The notes under the pieces were generated by a model. That model did not search any database, was not told where the DNA came from, and saw only the letters and a program-made list of their open reading frames with translations. 64,000 bases of DNA from Rhynchobatus australiae. Its lineage: Eukaryota. The stretch lies in the NCBI GenBank assembly GCA_034780895.1, contig JAUZTB010000001.1:46923925-46987924 (forward strand). The letters run 5' to 3'. Shown here piece after piece: positions 42,001 through 57,000 of this stretch; within the stretch, counting starts at the first letter, position 1; each line of letters begins with the position of its first letter. The position numbers and the translations under genes were made by a program.

Positions 42001-45000
42001 TCTTTCCATATCCATTGCCTCAAGATTCCCCTGCAGACAAGATCCCAACTCTCATCTCTCCTCCCATTCCAGACTCCATTCCCTTCCCTACCTAGGAATC
42101 CTTTCCAATCCTGAATCCCAGATTGAGCCAAATGCACTGTTCATTCCCAGGGTCTCACTCAATCAGTGGCCTCTCATCAAACTGGAATCCAGATGTGGCA
42201 AAAAATTTTGGTACAACATGGATTGCTGGAAGAGAAGGTTTCTTGCACATACCATGGAACTAAGCTCCCAGGTGCTGGTGAGGGAATGATAAGAATCCCT
42301 TTTTCCCAGTGAGTGGTGGTTTGGTGAACTACTCCCCATTTTCTTTGGTTTTTGGGAATTTGTTCAAAATCCAGGTAGTCCATGGCAGTGATTCACAATT
42401 TTTATATTGCTAATTGCTCTTTTGCAGGTTGTAGTAGTCATGGTATCAAATGCTAGAGTGCCTCAGTTAGCATAGCAAACATCTAACAGTTATAAATGTT
42501 GGTGTTCTATTTCTATTTGGGCATGAGGACACAATCTAGGCTGATTAATGAATGTAATATTGCTGAGATCTTATGGTGAAGTTCCATCAATTTACTTAAG
42601 TGGTTCAAGTGCATGCAAGATTCCACTGCATTTTTTGACAAAGAAAAGAGAATTTTCCCCAAATCCTAGAAAATATTCCTTCTTCATTGAAAAAATATAA
42701 AGGTTGTTTATCTCAGCTCCTGCGTTTTTTTGCATTTGTTTACAAGATCACACATATAATTTACTGGCTATGAAATACTTTAAATCATTCTGAGGAATAT
42801 GTTAGCGTGTCAATGTTTTTATTCCAGGATAAGCTATAAACATCAGCGAACTGATTGTGAAGAGTATATCATGTTGAAGTAAATAGTATCAACATTTCTT
42901 CCTCAATATTGCTTATTCATCTCATTTCTAGTACCGCCACATTTACCTACATGACAGTAAATTTCCTCAGGGGCATACTGTTGTAGTAGACTGAAAAATA
43001 CTCACCAACTTGATCCTTTGCCACAATTGTAATTTCACATGGTACACTGTATCCTGTATCATTCTGTGCTCTTACTCTAAATGTGTATTCTTTTCCTTCT
43101 TTCAGATCAGGAGCTGTAAATTGCATATTCTTGGACCTCATTAATTCACACCATGTGTCCCCTTCAAGCATCTTTTCAACAACATAACCAGTAATTCGGC
43201 TTCCACCATCGCTGATGGGTTTCTTCCACACCAAAGTGCATGATACCTTAGATACAGCTGCAGCTTTCAAATCTATCACTGGCCCAGGCTCCTCTGTAAT
43301 AAGAAAATGTGTCATCTTAGTGAAAAAGAACTGCAATATTAAGTTTTCTGTTTTACGTTCTGAAAAATAATTAGGTTAAACCATGAAGGTATAACTTTTA
43401 ATTCCTTACCTGAAGCTTTCACAGCATCTTTTGTCTCACATGGCTCGCCAATGCCATACTCATTTTCAGCCAGAACTCTGAAGTAGTAATGTTTACTTTC
43501 TTCCAAGTTGATAACTCTGAAACTTGTCTTGGAACATTCAGTTGCTACAGTTGACCATGCCTTTCTTTCAGCATCTCGTTTCTCTACAATGTAATTTTTA
43601 ACTGGACTGCCACCATTAATAAGAGGAGGATCCCAGGATATAACAGCATGATTTTTAGCTGTTTCCTTAACAATAAGATTAATGGGTGGACCAGGAGTGT
43701 CTAATTAAAAAGTAAAAATAAGTAAATAGTCATCTGATTGAATAAAACAATTGGAATCAATTAGCTTTAAACTAATAAAATATTACTTTTTATTAAATAA
43801 TTAACAACTTACCAAGAACCTTTACCATAATTGTATACGCCTTCACTCCACTGCTATTTTCTAAAGTTAAGATGTATTTTCCAGCATCGTATTTATTCAC
43901 ATTCTCACAGTACAACAGCGTGTCATAATCTGAAGTTCTGATTTCAAGTCCTTGTCTATCCTTGATGTTGGCATCCATTTTAGACCAAGTAATCTTTGGT
44001 GAAGGTCGACCTCTCACTGGCACATAGATTCTCATTGTGACACCAGCACGCAGAACAAGTACCTTCCTTAAGTCAGCATCAAGATCTGCTTCAGGAGCAA
44101 CTGTTCAGAAAAATAAATAAAATCACTATTAAAATATTTAGTACGTGTATCATAGTGCTGTGCACCTAACAGAGCACAGAATCAGAGTCAACTGCCTCTT
44201 CATCCTGTTACAGTACACAAAACTCTTTGGAGCTCTCTTCATCAAGGGTGTGAAAACAGAGTCTTGCAAAATTTTTAAGGCAGTTGTAGTTAGAGTCTTG
44301 ATAAACAAGGTACAAAAGATCACAGGGATAGGCAAGAATAAAGGGTTGAGGTTACAATCAGAGCAGCCATGATTTTATACATGATGGAACAGATATGAGG
44401 GTCTAAGTAACCTACTCCTGCTTTTAATTCATTTGTTTGCATATTTGCTCTTTCCCATGCCACTCCCCATGCATTATGCTCAGAAATGGTTCTGATAGCT
44501 TCCCATTCATCCTTTCCTTTAGTTCTCCCTTGTGCAGCAACTCTGGTCCCAGGTGTATAAAATAAAAGGAAAAGATAGCAAGAGGGCACAAGAGAGGTGG
44601 AGATATTAACCATGAAACACAAAGGAGATAGTGACAGAAACCTAGACAGATTAAAAGAATAGACGTGCAGAATTTAAATTACTCTATCAGATACTAGACC
44701 ATGAACATTTAAAATGCTTGGGTGAAATTCCCCTCTCCATTAACCTAAATATTTGATATAGGCTAATGGGCAAAATCTTGTTGGATGCAGTCCATACTTT
44801 GCATTCAATTGTCATAGATGCCCAAGGTTACAGTTAACTTTTGTGATCATGAAGCTCCTAGTTTTATGCCTCCCTTACTGCTGCATCTATCCTGTGAGGG
44901 AAGCAATTTCCAAGATGGAGTGATAGACCCGGGCAGTGGAAAGTAATCCCCCACCTATGGATTACTGTCAAGGCTCTCTTCTCACACAGACTACTGCGAA

Positions 45001-48000
45001 TTTCCAGAGCTTGCTTTCCTTTAGTAAGATCACATTTTCCCATATCTGAAATTAAAGCACCGGTTTTACATTAAAATGAGAAAAAAAACTGCAAATGCTA
45101 CAAACAAGAGATCAGTAATGAAATCATAAAATACCGGAAATAAGCAAAACAGCCAGCATCTGAAAAATGAGCTGGCATTCTGAAACCTTTCATCTGTATC
45201 AGAACAAGGAGGTAGGTGAAATAAATAAACCATAATCAACAATACCTAATAAGCTCCACATTTTTAACACATTATTTTCAAAGAACCCGTGTGCACCTTT
45301 AGGAAGTTAATGATGTTTTGATATATGGCTGGTATTTTAAACTCTATCTTCTAAAGCTTCAAGTCCAATATGTTCTTTCTATTTATTGCTTCCTCACTCT
45401 GTTGAAATGAAGGCACGTTACACCATCACATAATATAACTCTTTTCCCAGGACTTCAGAACTGTGGAACCTCTTGTAATCCTTCATTTCTCCAGTGATCC
45501 AAAACTTTCTAAACACTACTTCCTTCCTTGTTTCCAGTAGCCAACTGGATCTGGGATGTGGGAATTTTGCTCCTCCATTTCTCCATTCCCACATTCATGG
45601 GTAATATGAGCACCAGGATCCCAGCGTTGCAAAGGCAGATGTGAGGATGGCATTACAGCAGTTAAAGAGACTGTGGAAGATTTTAATGGGGTAGAAGCAA
45701 CCAAATAACTGGATGGAAGCTGAACACTGAAGGCTTAGATCAAGGCTGGGGCAAATCAAAGGGATAGCTGGTGGTAGCAGGGCTTGCTGCCTGGATTTTT
45801 TCTTTCTTTTTCAATCTTTTTATTAATTTTCAAATTAATACAGATTAATACACATAACATCAGTGATTATATACATGATACAAAGAGATCAGGAAGAAGA
45901 ACATGACATATATAATCATAAAGAATAAAAAATATATTCTAGGCCCCACGGTCTCTTAGTAAGCGAATATATTACAAAAAAAATCAAAAAGGGAAAGAAA
46001 AAGATTTATTGTATAAAAAAAAACCCAAATCAAAAAAATTATAAGTAATAATTGAAACAAACTTTAAAAAAACTTAAAAATAAAGCCTGGACTGATATTT
46101 CTCAATAAACAAAGAGCATTATTATGTCATCAACTCCGCTCCTCTGAGTTCAAAGATCATTGAAAAGGGATCGATATCATATGAAAATATTGAATGAATG
46201 GATCCAAACTTCCTCAAATTTAAGCAAAGAATCAACGGTGCCACTCCTTATTTTTTCTAAGCTTAAACATGATATAGTTTGAGAAAACCATTGAAAAGTA
46301 GTGGGAGGTATTGGATCCTTCCAAGTTAAACAAATGGATTGCTTGGCCATAGTGTAACAAAGGCAATCATATGACAAGCAGCAGCAGATAAATGACCAGG
46401 TTCCATCATTGGTAGCCCAAACATTGCAGTGATTGGGTGAGGTTGTAAATCAATATTCAATACAGTTGAAATAATTTTAAAAATGTCTTTCCAATATTTT
46501 TCCAAAAGAGGGCAGGACCAAAACATATGTGTCAGGGAAGCCACCTTCGACTTACATCTGTCAATAGGATTTATATGGTGATAAAAAAGGGCTAGCTCAT
46601 CCTTGGACGTATGGGTCCTGTGAACCACCTTAAATTGTATCAAAGAGTGTCTGGCACACATTGAAGATGTATTAACTAACTGAAGANNNNNNNNNNNNNN
46701 NNNNNNNNNNNNNNNNNNNNNNNNNNNNNNNNNNNNNNNNNNNNNNNNNNNNNNNNNNNNNNNNNNNNNNNNNNNNNNNNNNNNNNATGAGGCTGCGCTA
46801 ATGTACCAGGTCTGGCTAGTGTAAAGCTGAGAATCCAGATACAAGGTGTACATAGCTCTTCAGCTCAGTTTGCTGCAGAACACCCATAGATTCAATGCTG
46901 AGTCCAGGGGCTCAGCAATAGGTCAGATATATCGAAAGGTCTGGGGTATTTTATGAGATAATATTTAATTTCCTGCATGCGAGTTATGAAACTTACTCAA
47001 TATGTCTTTGGCTGTATGTTTTTCAGGCACGTCACTTGGATCACTGAAGCCTATTTTGTTAACTGCGCTTACACGGAACTGATATTCAGTTCCTTCACAT
47101 AGTCCGGTTACAGTATAGTGTGTATCATGGAGGGCCTTTGGTATATTGCATTTTATCCAGTTTTCACCATCAGCACGTTTAACTTCAACTAGATATCCCA
47201 AGATTGGACTGCCACCATCATATGCTGGTTTACTCCATGACAAGCTGATAGTACTATGAGTTGTATCAACCACTTTCGGGAAAGCAGGAGGTCCTGGAGG
47301 ATCTAAATGAAAATAAAATAATTTGCATGAAAAAAAAGTGGTTAAAACTAAAAGACTATAATATAATATGTATATACACACAATCATATAGCTGCTTACA
47401 TTGAGGATCAAAAGCAATTGCTGCTTTTGAAGAATCACTGGGTTTGCCTGGTCCAGCTTTATTCAAAGCAATAACTCGGTACTCATACTCAGTTCCTTCC
47501 TGAAGTCCTGTAGCTTTGACTGTTCTTTCCAATACTGGCTTTCTATTGACTTTTGACCAAATTACAGCACTTGCCTCACGTTTCTCCAGCAAATATCCAG
47601 TCACAGGAGAGCCACCATCATCTGATGGGGCTTTCCAGCTAACAGTCATATGATCTTTTGTGATGTTGCTAATTATTGGAGGATCACATGGTCCAGGTAC
47701 ATCTGCAAAGAATACAGAGTAAGTATTAAATATATTTTAAATATTATAGAAATTAAAATCAAAAATAGCTACAAAGCCAAAATGTTTTAATTACCATATG
47801 GATTTTTAGCAACAACTGAATTCGTCATTATTGGGTCACCAATGCCATACTTGTTTTCAGCACTGACACGGAACTGGTATTCATGTCCTTCAATCAGTTT
47901 TTCTACACCACACTTTGTAAATTGTAAATTAGCAGTAACTTGAGCCCAATTAGGACGGCTTGTCTCACGTTTATCAACAATGTAGTTTGTAATCTCAGCA

Positions 48001-51000
48001 CCGCCATCCTCAAGAGGAGGTTCCCAGTTCAGAGTAACACGATCTGAATAAACATTGCTAATTTTGATAGAAGCTGGTGGGCCAGGTTTATCTATATTAA
48101 AGAGAACAGAAAATAAGATGCATTAACATTTTAGAAAAACATTTTTTACTTGAACAGGTCCATTCCTTTAAAAACCTTGTTTTCCTCTTTTATCCATTAA
48201 TCTCAGGGAAAAATATTATGTTGTTTCATTACCTTCTCAAGGAATAATGTTTATATTATTTCATTAAATATAGATGATATCTGCATACATATTTTATAAA
48301 GCAACTGCACAATTAACAATAGATCCATATATATGTTATATGAAGTATTATAATTTTTTTTACCGAGTACTTTAACTTTCACATTGGCTGACTTGGATCC
48401 ACTCTCGTTTTCTGCAACAATTGTGTACTCTCCAGTTTCTTTCCTTTGGACACTAAATAATTCAAGTGTGCACAGATTCCTTACTCTGGCTATCTTAATG
48501 CCTTCAGCAGATGTTATTATCTTGCCATCTTTCATCCATGTGATCTTTGGAAAAGGCTTTCCAAAGACATTAGCATCTAAACAAACATTGGATCCAGCCC
48601 TTGCAGTGACCAGAGACTTCATGGACACACCCAAATCAATTTTTGGTGCAACTGTAAATTAAACAAAGCATTAGTGTGAATATTTTCTTCTATTTATNNN
48701 NNNNNNNNNNNNNNNNNNNNNNNNNNNNNNNNNNNNNNNNNNNNNNNNNNNNNNNNNNNNNNNNNNNNNNNNNNNNNNNNNNNNNNNNNNNNNNNNNNNN
48801 NNNNNNNNNNNNNNNNNNNNNNNNNNNNNNNNNNNNNNNNNNNNNNNNNNNNNNNNNNNNNNNNNNNNNNNNNNNNNNNNNNNNNNNNNNNNNNNNNNNN
48901 NNNNNNNNNNNNNNNNNNNNNNNNNNNNNNNNNNNNNNNNNNNNNNNNNNNNNNNNNNNTAGTTTGCTCCCACCATCATGTTTTGGTCTTGCCCATATGA
49001 GAGATACAGAATTATTTGTCACATCAACAGGTTCAGGTTTGCCTGGTGGATCTGTTTCAGAACATCAATAGATTCTTGTTACATACAAATGCAATAATAT
49101 TTAAGTTGCTTTATGAAATTAATTCAATAACTGGTTTCAAATTTTTGGGAATACTTACCAACAGGCATCCTGGCTGTTTCAAACTCAGTTGGCTTACTAG
49201 GTTTGCTAGATCCTGCTCTGTTCAGTGCACTGACTCTGAAGGTATACTCTAGTCCTTCAATTAACCCTGAACATGGGTACTCAGTAGTACGGACAGAAGT
49301 ATCATTTGCCTTTACCCAAAGAAGACTATTTCTTTCTTTACGCTCAATAATATATCCAGTAATGGGACTACCACCATCACTTTCTGGTCTATCCCATGAG
49401 ACAAACATGCAATCCTTGTTCGCCTTCGTGATATGTGCATTCCTTGGTTCACTTGGAACATCTGTGGACAAAAATAAACATTAATTATGGTCATCTCAAA
49501 AACAAGATTTTGAGACCTTAAGAAAATATGTAACTTCATAACTTACCAAATTGGTATTTTGCAATCATTTTATCAGAGGTAAGAGGTTCTGAAACACCAA
49601 ATCTATTTTCTGCACGGACACGGAACATGTACTCATTGCCAGGGGTAAGTTTACCAATTCTACAGTTCGTTTTAGTTACAGAAGCTATGACAGTAACCCA
49701 GTCACCACGGCTCAAATCACATTTCTCAACAACATAGTTTGTTATGTTGCTGCCACCGTCTTCAAATGGAATGTGCCAATTAAGACTGCAGGCATCAGCA
49801 TCAATTTCTGAAATGTCAAATGGAGGTTGTGGAGGTCCGGGAATATCTGAAAAAATACATCAAAAAAGATTCATTAACATTGCTTTTGTATAAACCAATT
49901 AATAGAAACTGATTTACTCAGCTCAAGCAAATTCAAAGCATTATGCATTTATAAAAGCAAGTATACAAACCCATTATCACTACTCGGATTTTCTGGGTGG
50001 TGATGCCAGAGCTATTTTCTGCAGAAAGACTGTAGAAGCCACTATCTTTCCTGGTAACGTCTTTGATGATGAGTACAGAAGTGTTCTTTGTCTTATGCAC
50101 AACAAGCCGGCTGGATGGATCCACAACTTCTTCATTTTTCATCCACTTGCAAGTTGGTGCAGGCTTGCCAGCTATGTGAGCCTCAATTCTGAGTTTCTGT
50201 CCAGCTTTGATGGTTATAAATTCTGGCATGATAATCTTTGGTGCCACTATTAGGAAAACATAGCATTAGTATTATCGTAATGCAAGAAAGGAAACCTTTG
50301 TTACTATTTTCCTAGCATGTGCTGCCAGCAGAGGATCCTAATCTTCAAAGAATTACAGTTAAGACCCATAGTTAGGCAACATACTACAAATAAGGCATTA
50401 ACCTCACGTTGGTTGCGCCTCATGATAATTGCAATGCGCTAACGTTGTGTAATTTGAAAGCCTCCTTCACAATGTTATTTTTTCCAAAAGTTTGTTTCAA
50501 TTTTGATATTTTATTCATAAAGAAATATTTCCTGTTTACTTACTTAGTTGTTCTTTAATTTCAAAAAGTCCTTCAGTTTCTCTGGGCAAGCTGACTCCTA
50601 CTATATTCCTAGCTGCAACTCTGAATTTGTATTTGATTCCTTCCTTTAGGCCTGTTACAAGAATATTGAGATCCTTGATTGTGGAGTATTGTGTCCAGTG
50701 TTTCTCAGATTCACCTTCTTTCTGGTATTCAATGATATAACCATCAATTTTAGCACCTCCATCCCTTATAGGTGGTAACCATGCCAGTGAAGCACTATTC
50801 TTTGTTATATCAACAACATCCAATTTCTTGGGTGGATCTGGTTCACCTAAAAATCAAATTACAAAATTATTTTGAGACTAAATGATAAAACAATCTACAA
50901 AAAAAATGATGAAAAAATTCTGGCAAAGCCCAGTTGTTTTTTCTTAGATTAATAAGAAAATACAAACATATTATACTTACTGACTGGATCCCTTGCTAAT

Positions 51001-54000
51001 ATTGATTTGGGAATGTCTTTTGGAACCCCAGGACCATATTGATTGACAGCAGTTACTCTGAAGTAGTACTCGGTTCCAGGTGCTAAACCAATCACTTTGA
51101 AACTAGTTTTTTTCAAATCTTGTATCACTCTGCCCCAGGATTTCCTGTCTGCTTCACGCTTCTCCAAAATATAGTGAATTACTGGACTACCGCCATCATT
51201 TTCAGGTGGTGACCATGACAACTGGCATCCTGTTTTTGTAACATCTGAAGCACCAAAGTCTGAGACAGGACCCGGTGTATCTGGAATTGAGAAAAAAAAT
51301 CATCAATGTCAATCAACAAAAAAACCCCAAATCATAGAACATCACAGGACACCATTAAGCCCATCAAGTCTGTGCTGTGAAGTCAGAGCAATTTGGTTAA
51401 TCTCACTCAACTCTTCTCCCATTTCCCTGAAATAATTGTCTTCTTCATCTAATTCTATTTTGAAAGCCGCCATTGCATCTATTTCCACTATTAATCAGTA
51501 CATTTCAAATCCTAACCACTTGTAGAACAAAAAAAGCTTTTCTCTTGTTGCTTTTTGTTGTTAATCACTTCAATGTGTGCCTTCAAATGTTTATCTATTG
51601 TAAATAAGTTTGTTTGTTTGTAAGTTTGTTTTTATTTACTCTATCTGAATCCTTCCAGACATTAAGCTTTCTTAGTCTTCTCTGCCCTAATTGAACCATT
51701 GCAAAATGACTGCAATAAGCAACATCTACAAAATGCACTGCAATTACTTATCTCAGCAATTCCAACAGAACCTCCCAAATTTGTGACCTCTACCACTACA
51801 ACAGATGAGAACATTGCCACCTGCTGATTCCCCTCTAATTCACACATCATCCTGACTTGGGAACGTGTCCTTCGTCATTACTGGGTCTAAATCCTGAAAC
51901 TCTGCTCAACAGCATTGTAGGAGTACTTTCAACAAGAGAGGACTGCAGTGGTTCAAGAAGATGGCTCACCTGCACTTTCTCAAGGGCAGTTGGGGATGGA
52001 CTATAAGTAGCCTTGTCAGCAATATCCACATACCAATAAAAACAAAATCCAGTCAATGCAAATGCTTGTGCTTTTTTTTCTGTACTCTTTCCTAAATCAT
52101 CCAATGCTATCTGAGGTGTGGTATCTAGAATTGGATGCATTATTTGAGCCAATGCCAAATTAGTGCTTTTATGGGTTTTGCATAACTTCTTGCCTTTTTT
52201 GCTTTGTTCTGGGGACAAATTAAAATTTACCTAGAAATTCTAGCACATACGTACATTTGAGTGTGCCTGAAGGCCATGGAAACAAAGTTTAGTTGTTGGT
52301 CCCATAAATCTACAGTTCTACCTATAGCTAAAGGCCTTCTTTCCTGAGGCTGTGCTTGGGAGATGGTTGTCCACTAGCCCAAACCGATACAACAGAAGGA
52401 AGAGATGGGGTGAATATTGGCTGGGGGTGGTGGAGTGCAACAGCATTTGAAGCTGCAGTATGGGGGGTGGGGGGGGGAAGAGAAGTGGCAAGAGGAAATC
52501 AGGAATAGCTAGCAGGGTTTTGCAGGGTCAGGAAGGGCTAGCACTTTGTTGTGCATGGGGTAGAGGGAGAGGTGGTACGTGGAATAGTGAATTTTGGAGC
52601 GGGAAGGGCCTCAATTTGTATGGTGGCATCCTTTGGTTGAACATGAGTTTCAGTAAGGTTGCTGGGAAGGCTTTCCATTTTGCTGTGGAAACCTCCAAGA
52701 GTTTATATATGCACTTCATTAAGCTTGCAAGCCTTCCAGTCTGGCACTGCAGTTTGAAGATTACTTTGTCCCAGGACTGGCCAATGGCAGATGCCCCCAG
52801 CTTAACATGGTCCAAGTTCCCATTCAGTGCTCCAAAATCATCATGTGTGGCACTGTTGTGGAAATCACAGTGAGTTGCAAGGATGATGCAAAGTGACCCG
52901 AAAATGGTTTTCTCGTATTTCATTCTGAAAAATTGCAGTTGCATAATGCTGAGAAAAATGTTATGTAATTGAATTTCTAGGCTTGTGTTTTATTGGGTCA
53001 GATTGTGATCCTCTTCAGCTCATGACTCCGGAGAGAACTGCTAATGAACAGCATTACAGCATTCTGTAGGTTAGTGCTTTCCTGATTTTTGCACCTGTAC
53101 ACAGCAGCACAGCAATATAAAAGGAACTGGAGGTCAGCTGCCGTGTATTTGACTACCAGGACTGAGTTCAGGGGCAGAATGCAAGGGGTCAGATACACTT
53201 TGTAACTGGCTGTCTAGCTTAATGCCAGCTGTGGTAAGCTTATTTTCTTTATTTTAATTATTATGCTTTTACCTAATTTATGTCAATTGTGTGTGCTTTT
53301 AAATTTGTTATTTTTAATTTTTGAAATAATTTTTACATATTGAGTTGATTAAATTTATTTCAACTGGTTTTAAATCTCTGATCATCAGAGAAACAGTTAA
53401 GGGTGTTTGAACGGTCTGAGAGCATGACCTCAGAACCCACTGCCTTAGGCAGCTCCATGAACAGCTCCATTTTATGGGATGCTTGGGACAGCGAGGTGTT
53501 CTGCTCAAACTAGATGTACAAGATCACAAAAGGTTAATGTGATCTCCAATAAACATGAGGTATAGTGTTGAATGTGTTGAACATTATCTCCTTTATTAAT
53601 CTGACCCAGCATTTCAAAAATTTATTTAAATACCTACAGGTTTCTCTCTTCTTTGAAACTGTTCCATTTATCTTGTTTTGTCTCTCTTCATTCACCCTAC
53701 CAAAACAGATCACTTCACGTGTTTTTGGTTTGAATTTCATATGCTTTGGGTTCACCTAATCTACCTTTTTTTCTTATTCAATTTCCTGACAACCCCCTCT
53801 TGAAGCACATGAAGTCTATTTGTATCTTCCTCGCTGCTATCTGTTACTATCATGACACTTGCAAATTTTCAATCATTTTCAAAACTTCAGAATATTGTTC
53901 TATGCCCCCAAGTCCAAGCTATTAATGCTATCATTGGTAGCAGTGGTTCCAGCACTGAAGAACACCACTAAATCCTTCTTTCCAGTCCACAACCCTCTGT

Positions 54001-57000
54001 TTTCTATCCCATAGCCACTTGAAATATGCTGCAACTGCCATTTTTATTCTAATTTAGTCAAAAACCTATTATGTGTTACTTTATCAAAGTCCGTATTCAT
54101 GACATCAGCTGCCACATCCTTAACCATTACCTCATCAAAAACCTCAATCAAGTTAACAAAATATAGTTTGTCCAAAACAAATTCATGTTAATCATTCATT
54201 TTCATTTCATTCTTACTCAAGAAGTTATTAATATTCTCCCAGGTTATTTTATGCATGTCCAGTACCACATTAAATTTACTGGCCTGCAATTTCCAAGTTT
54301 ATTCTTCCCCAATTTTTTGTACTCGAGTGAAACATTTGCAGGCTTTCAATTCATTATTCCTCTAATCATAGGAGAATTGAAAAATTTTAGCACCTCTGTA
54401 GTACTTTCCTCAGGAATCAGACACACCTCATCCGGCTATGGGTGAATTTTTTGTGTGTTGCTCTAGATTCCAGCATCTGCAGAATCTCTTGAATAACCAT
54501 ATACAGTACTTTCTACTTCTCTAGTGCCTTCTTTTTATCCCTTGTTTAAAATTTCATTCAATGTCCTCATAACTTCGTTGTTTTGTGTGTCTTTGTTAAT
54601 ATCTACTGGTAATCAGTTGGCAACTAATTAGTTCCTCAGCCAGTAAGTTTCTTCTTTGGTCCTTTTTATCTGCTGACACTTGTCATTAATGTATCCAAAG
54701 AGCACCTTTTGTTTCCTTTTTTATCTTAGCCATCAACTTATTCTTCTATTGTCTTTCCATTGCACTATCATAATACTGTCATGTTACATGCAACTCCAAT
54801 TTACCTGAGCAATCTTTTCTCAATTACCTGGAGCATTTTTATTCCAGGGTGCTCCTTATCCTTGTTCAATACAATTTAAATCTTATACAACATGACCAAC
54901 AGTTGAGATAATCCCCCAATACAGCATTCTTCACTTGACCCATATCATTTCCCAAGATTAGATCCACCAACATGTCCTTCCTCTTGAGACAAGAAATTCA
55001 GCAATCCAGAAATTTCCCCTGAACATATCAGAAAATCTTCCCCCATAATCAAATCAGGAAATAGAACTCAAAAAAAAGTACTTACCTAANNNNNNNNNNN
55101 NNNNNNNNNNNNNNNNNNNNNTTCACCTGCTGCGTTTACAAGTGTCAACGAATATTTGCCAGAATCATCACGAGTACTATCAGGAATGACAAGGAAAGTC
55201 ATTGTGTCAATCAAATCTACTTGACCCTTTCTAACAACGTTGTCTATTCCAATTTTCCTCCAGGTAACTTGAGGTGCTGGCCTGCCTCTGATGGTGGCAA
55301 ACAATCTGATAGGACATCCTGCTCTGACAGTTAAAACCTTTCTCAGGCTTGCATCTAAGTCAATCTCTGGTGGTTCTGAAAAAGATCCATTTTATGAAAG
55401 AAATTACTTTCTTGATGCAAAGAATATTATCACATTAAACATATTTTATTATGCCATAAAGGAAAGAAAGGTAAAACACAGTGCGTACCTAAAATCTCTT
55501 TTGGAGATACTGCTTCTTTAAGTTCAGCAGGGCGACCAATTCCGACCTGATTCTGTGCATAAACCTTAAATTCATATTCTTGTTTCTCATCAAGGCCACT
55601 CGTAGTAAACTGAGTTACAACTAGCTGAGCTGCAACATTACATCTCGTCCATCCTTCTTCAGGAGTCTTACTGACACCTTTCGGTCTCATTTCAACAACA
55701 TAACCAGTGACGGGAGAACCACCATCATATACAGGCTTTGTCCAGCCAAGAGTAATGGAGGTCTTTGTACTATCAATCACCTTCAGGCCACTTGGTGGAC
55801 CAGGAGGTTCTGTGTACAGAAAAACAGAATATTAATTAGGAGAATGTGGTGTGAGTGATGAGAAAAGCAATCAAACTTATTGTTTATAGAAAACTGACTT
55901 AATGATAAAAATATACATACCCATAGGATCCTTTGCTAATACTGGTCTCGAAGGTGGACTTGGTTCTCCTAATCCAACTTCATTTTCAGCTTTGACACGG
56001 AACTGGTATTCATGATCAGGAATTAAATTTGTAACTTTCATTCTTCTTTCTGGGATTGGACTCTTGGTGATTGCCACCCATCTAACAGATCGTTTTTCTT
56101 TCTTCTCCATTATGTATCCTGTGATTGATTTTCCACCATCATCTTCTGGTGGATTCCATACAACAGTCATTTCTTCCTTGCTGACTTTGGTGACCTCTGG
56201 TGCATCTGGAGGACCAGGTCTGTTGAACTGTGTCCTAGCTACAATTGGCTTAGTTTCTGCTGGTGGACCTGTACCTATTTTGTTTTCTGCACGCACTCTG
56301 AATATGTATTCATTTCCTTCAATCAAACGAGTGACATTCGCATATTCATTAATTATAGAAGTAGAAAATACAGACCAGACCATTCTTTTGCTTTCGCATT
56401 TTTCTAGAATATAGTTTTGGATTTCACAGCCACCATCATCTGCTGGTGGGTCCCAGCTGACTCTACACCTATCACTTGCAATGCCAGATACTTTCAGATT
56501 TCTGACTTCACTTGGTACATCCAAAACATTCACAGTAGCATAAGCTGTGAAGGAACCAGCTGGATTGGTTGCAGTGATTGTATATTTACCACTGTTTTCT
56601 CGCTTAGATTTAGTTACGATTAATCTGGATGCGTCAGCAGTTGTTTCAATCTTAGCCCGGGGTGATCTGCTAAGATCAATTGCATCTTTGTCTTTTACCC
56701 AAACAACTTCTGGTTGAGGTTTGCCTCTCAGTGTAGCCTCAATTCTGAAAGTTTCACCTGCTTTTACAGTNNNNNNNNNNNNNNNNNNNNNNNNNNNNNN
56801 NNNNNTCTGCACTTCTGGTTTGACAATAACATAATCAGTCTTCACCCAATTGCTTTCACCGCCTTCATTCTTGGTTTGAACTCTAAACTGGTAACTCTGA
56901 TTCTCAATACATTTGTCAACCATGAAACTTGTCTCTTTAATACTTCCTTTGTGCATTCTTTCCCATTCATCTGAGTCCTTTAATCTCCTCTCGACATGAT

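Noticed and set aside
52400-52480. G-runs suggesting a G-quadruplex
   Set aside because: The loops are long and irregular, and the G-rich strand is not the transcript strand.
52528-52944. 138-aa intronic ORF as a nested gene or extra exon
   Set aside because: No recognisable domain or Ig/Fn3 pattern, and it lies in a repeat-rich intron.
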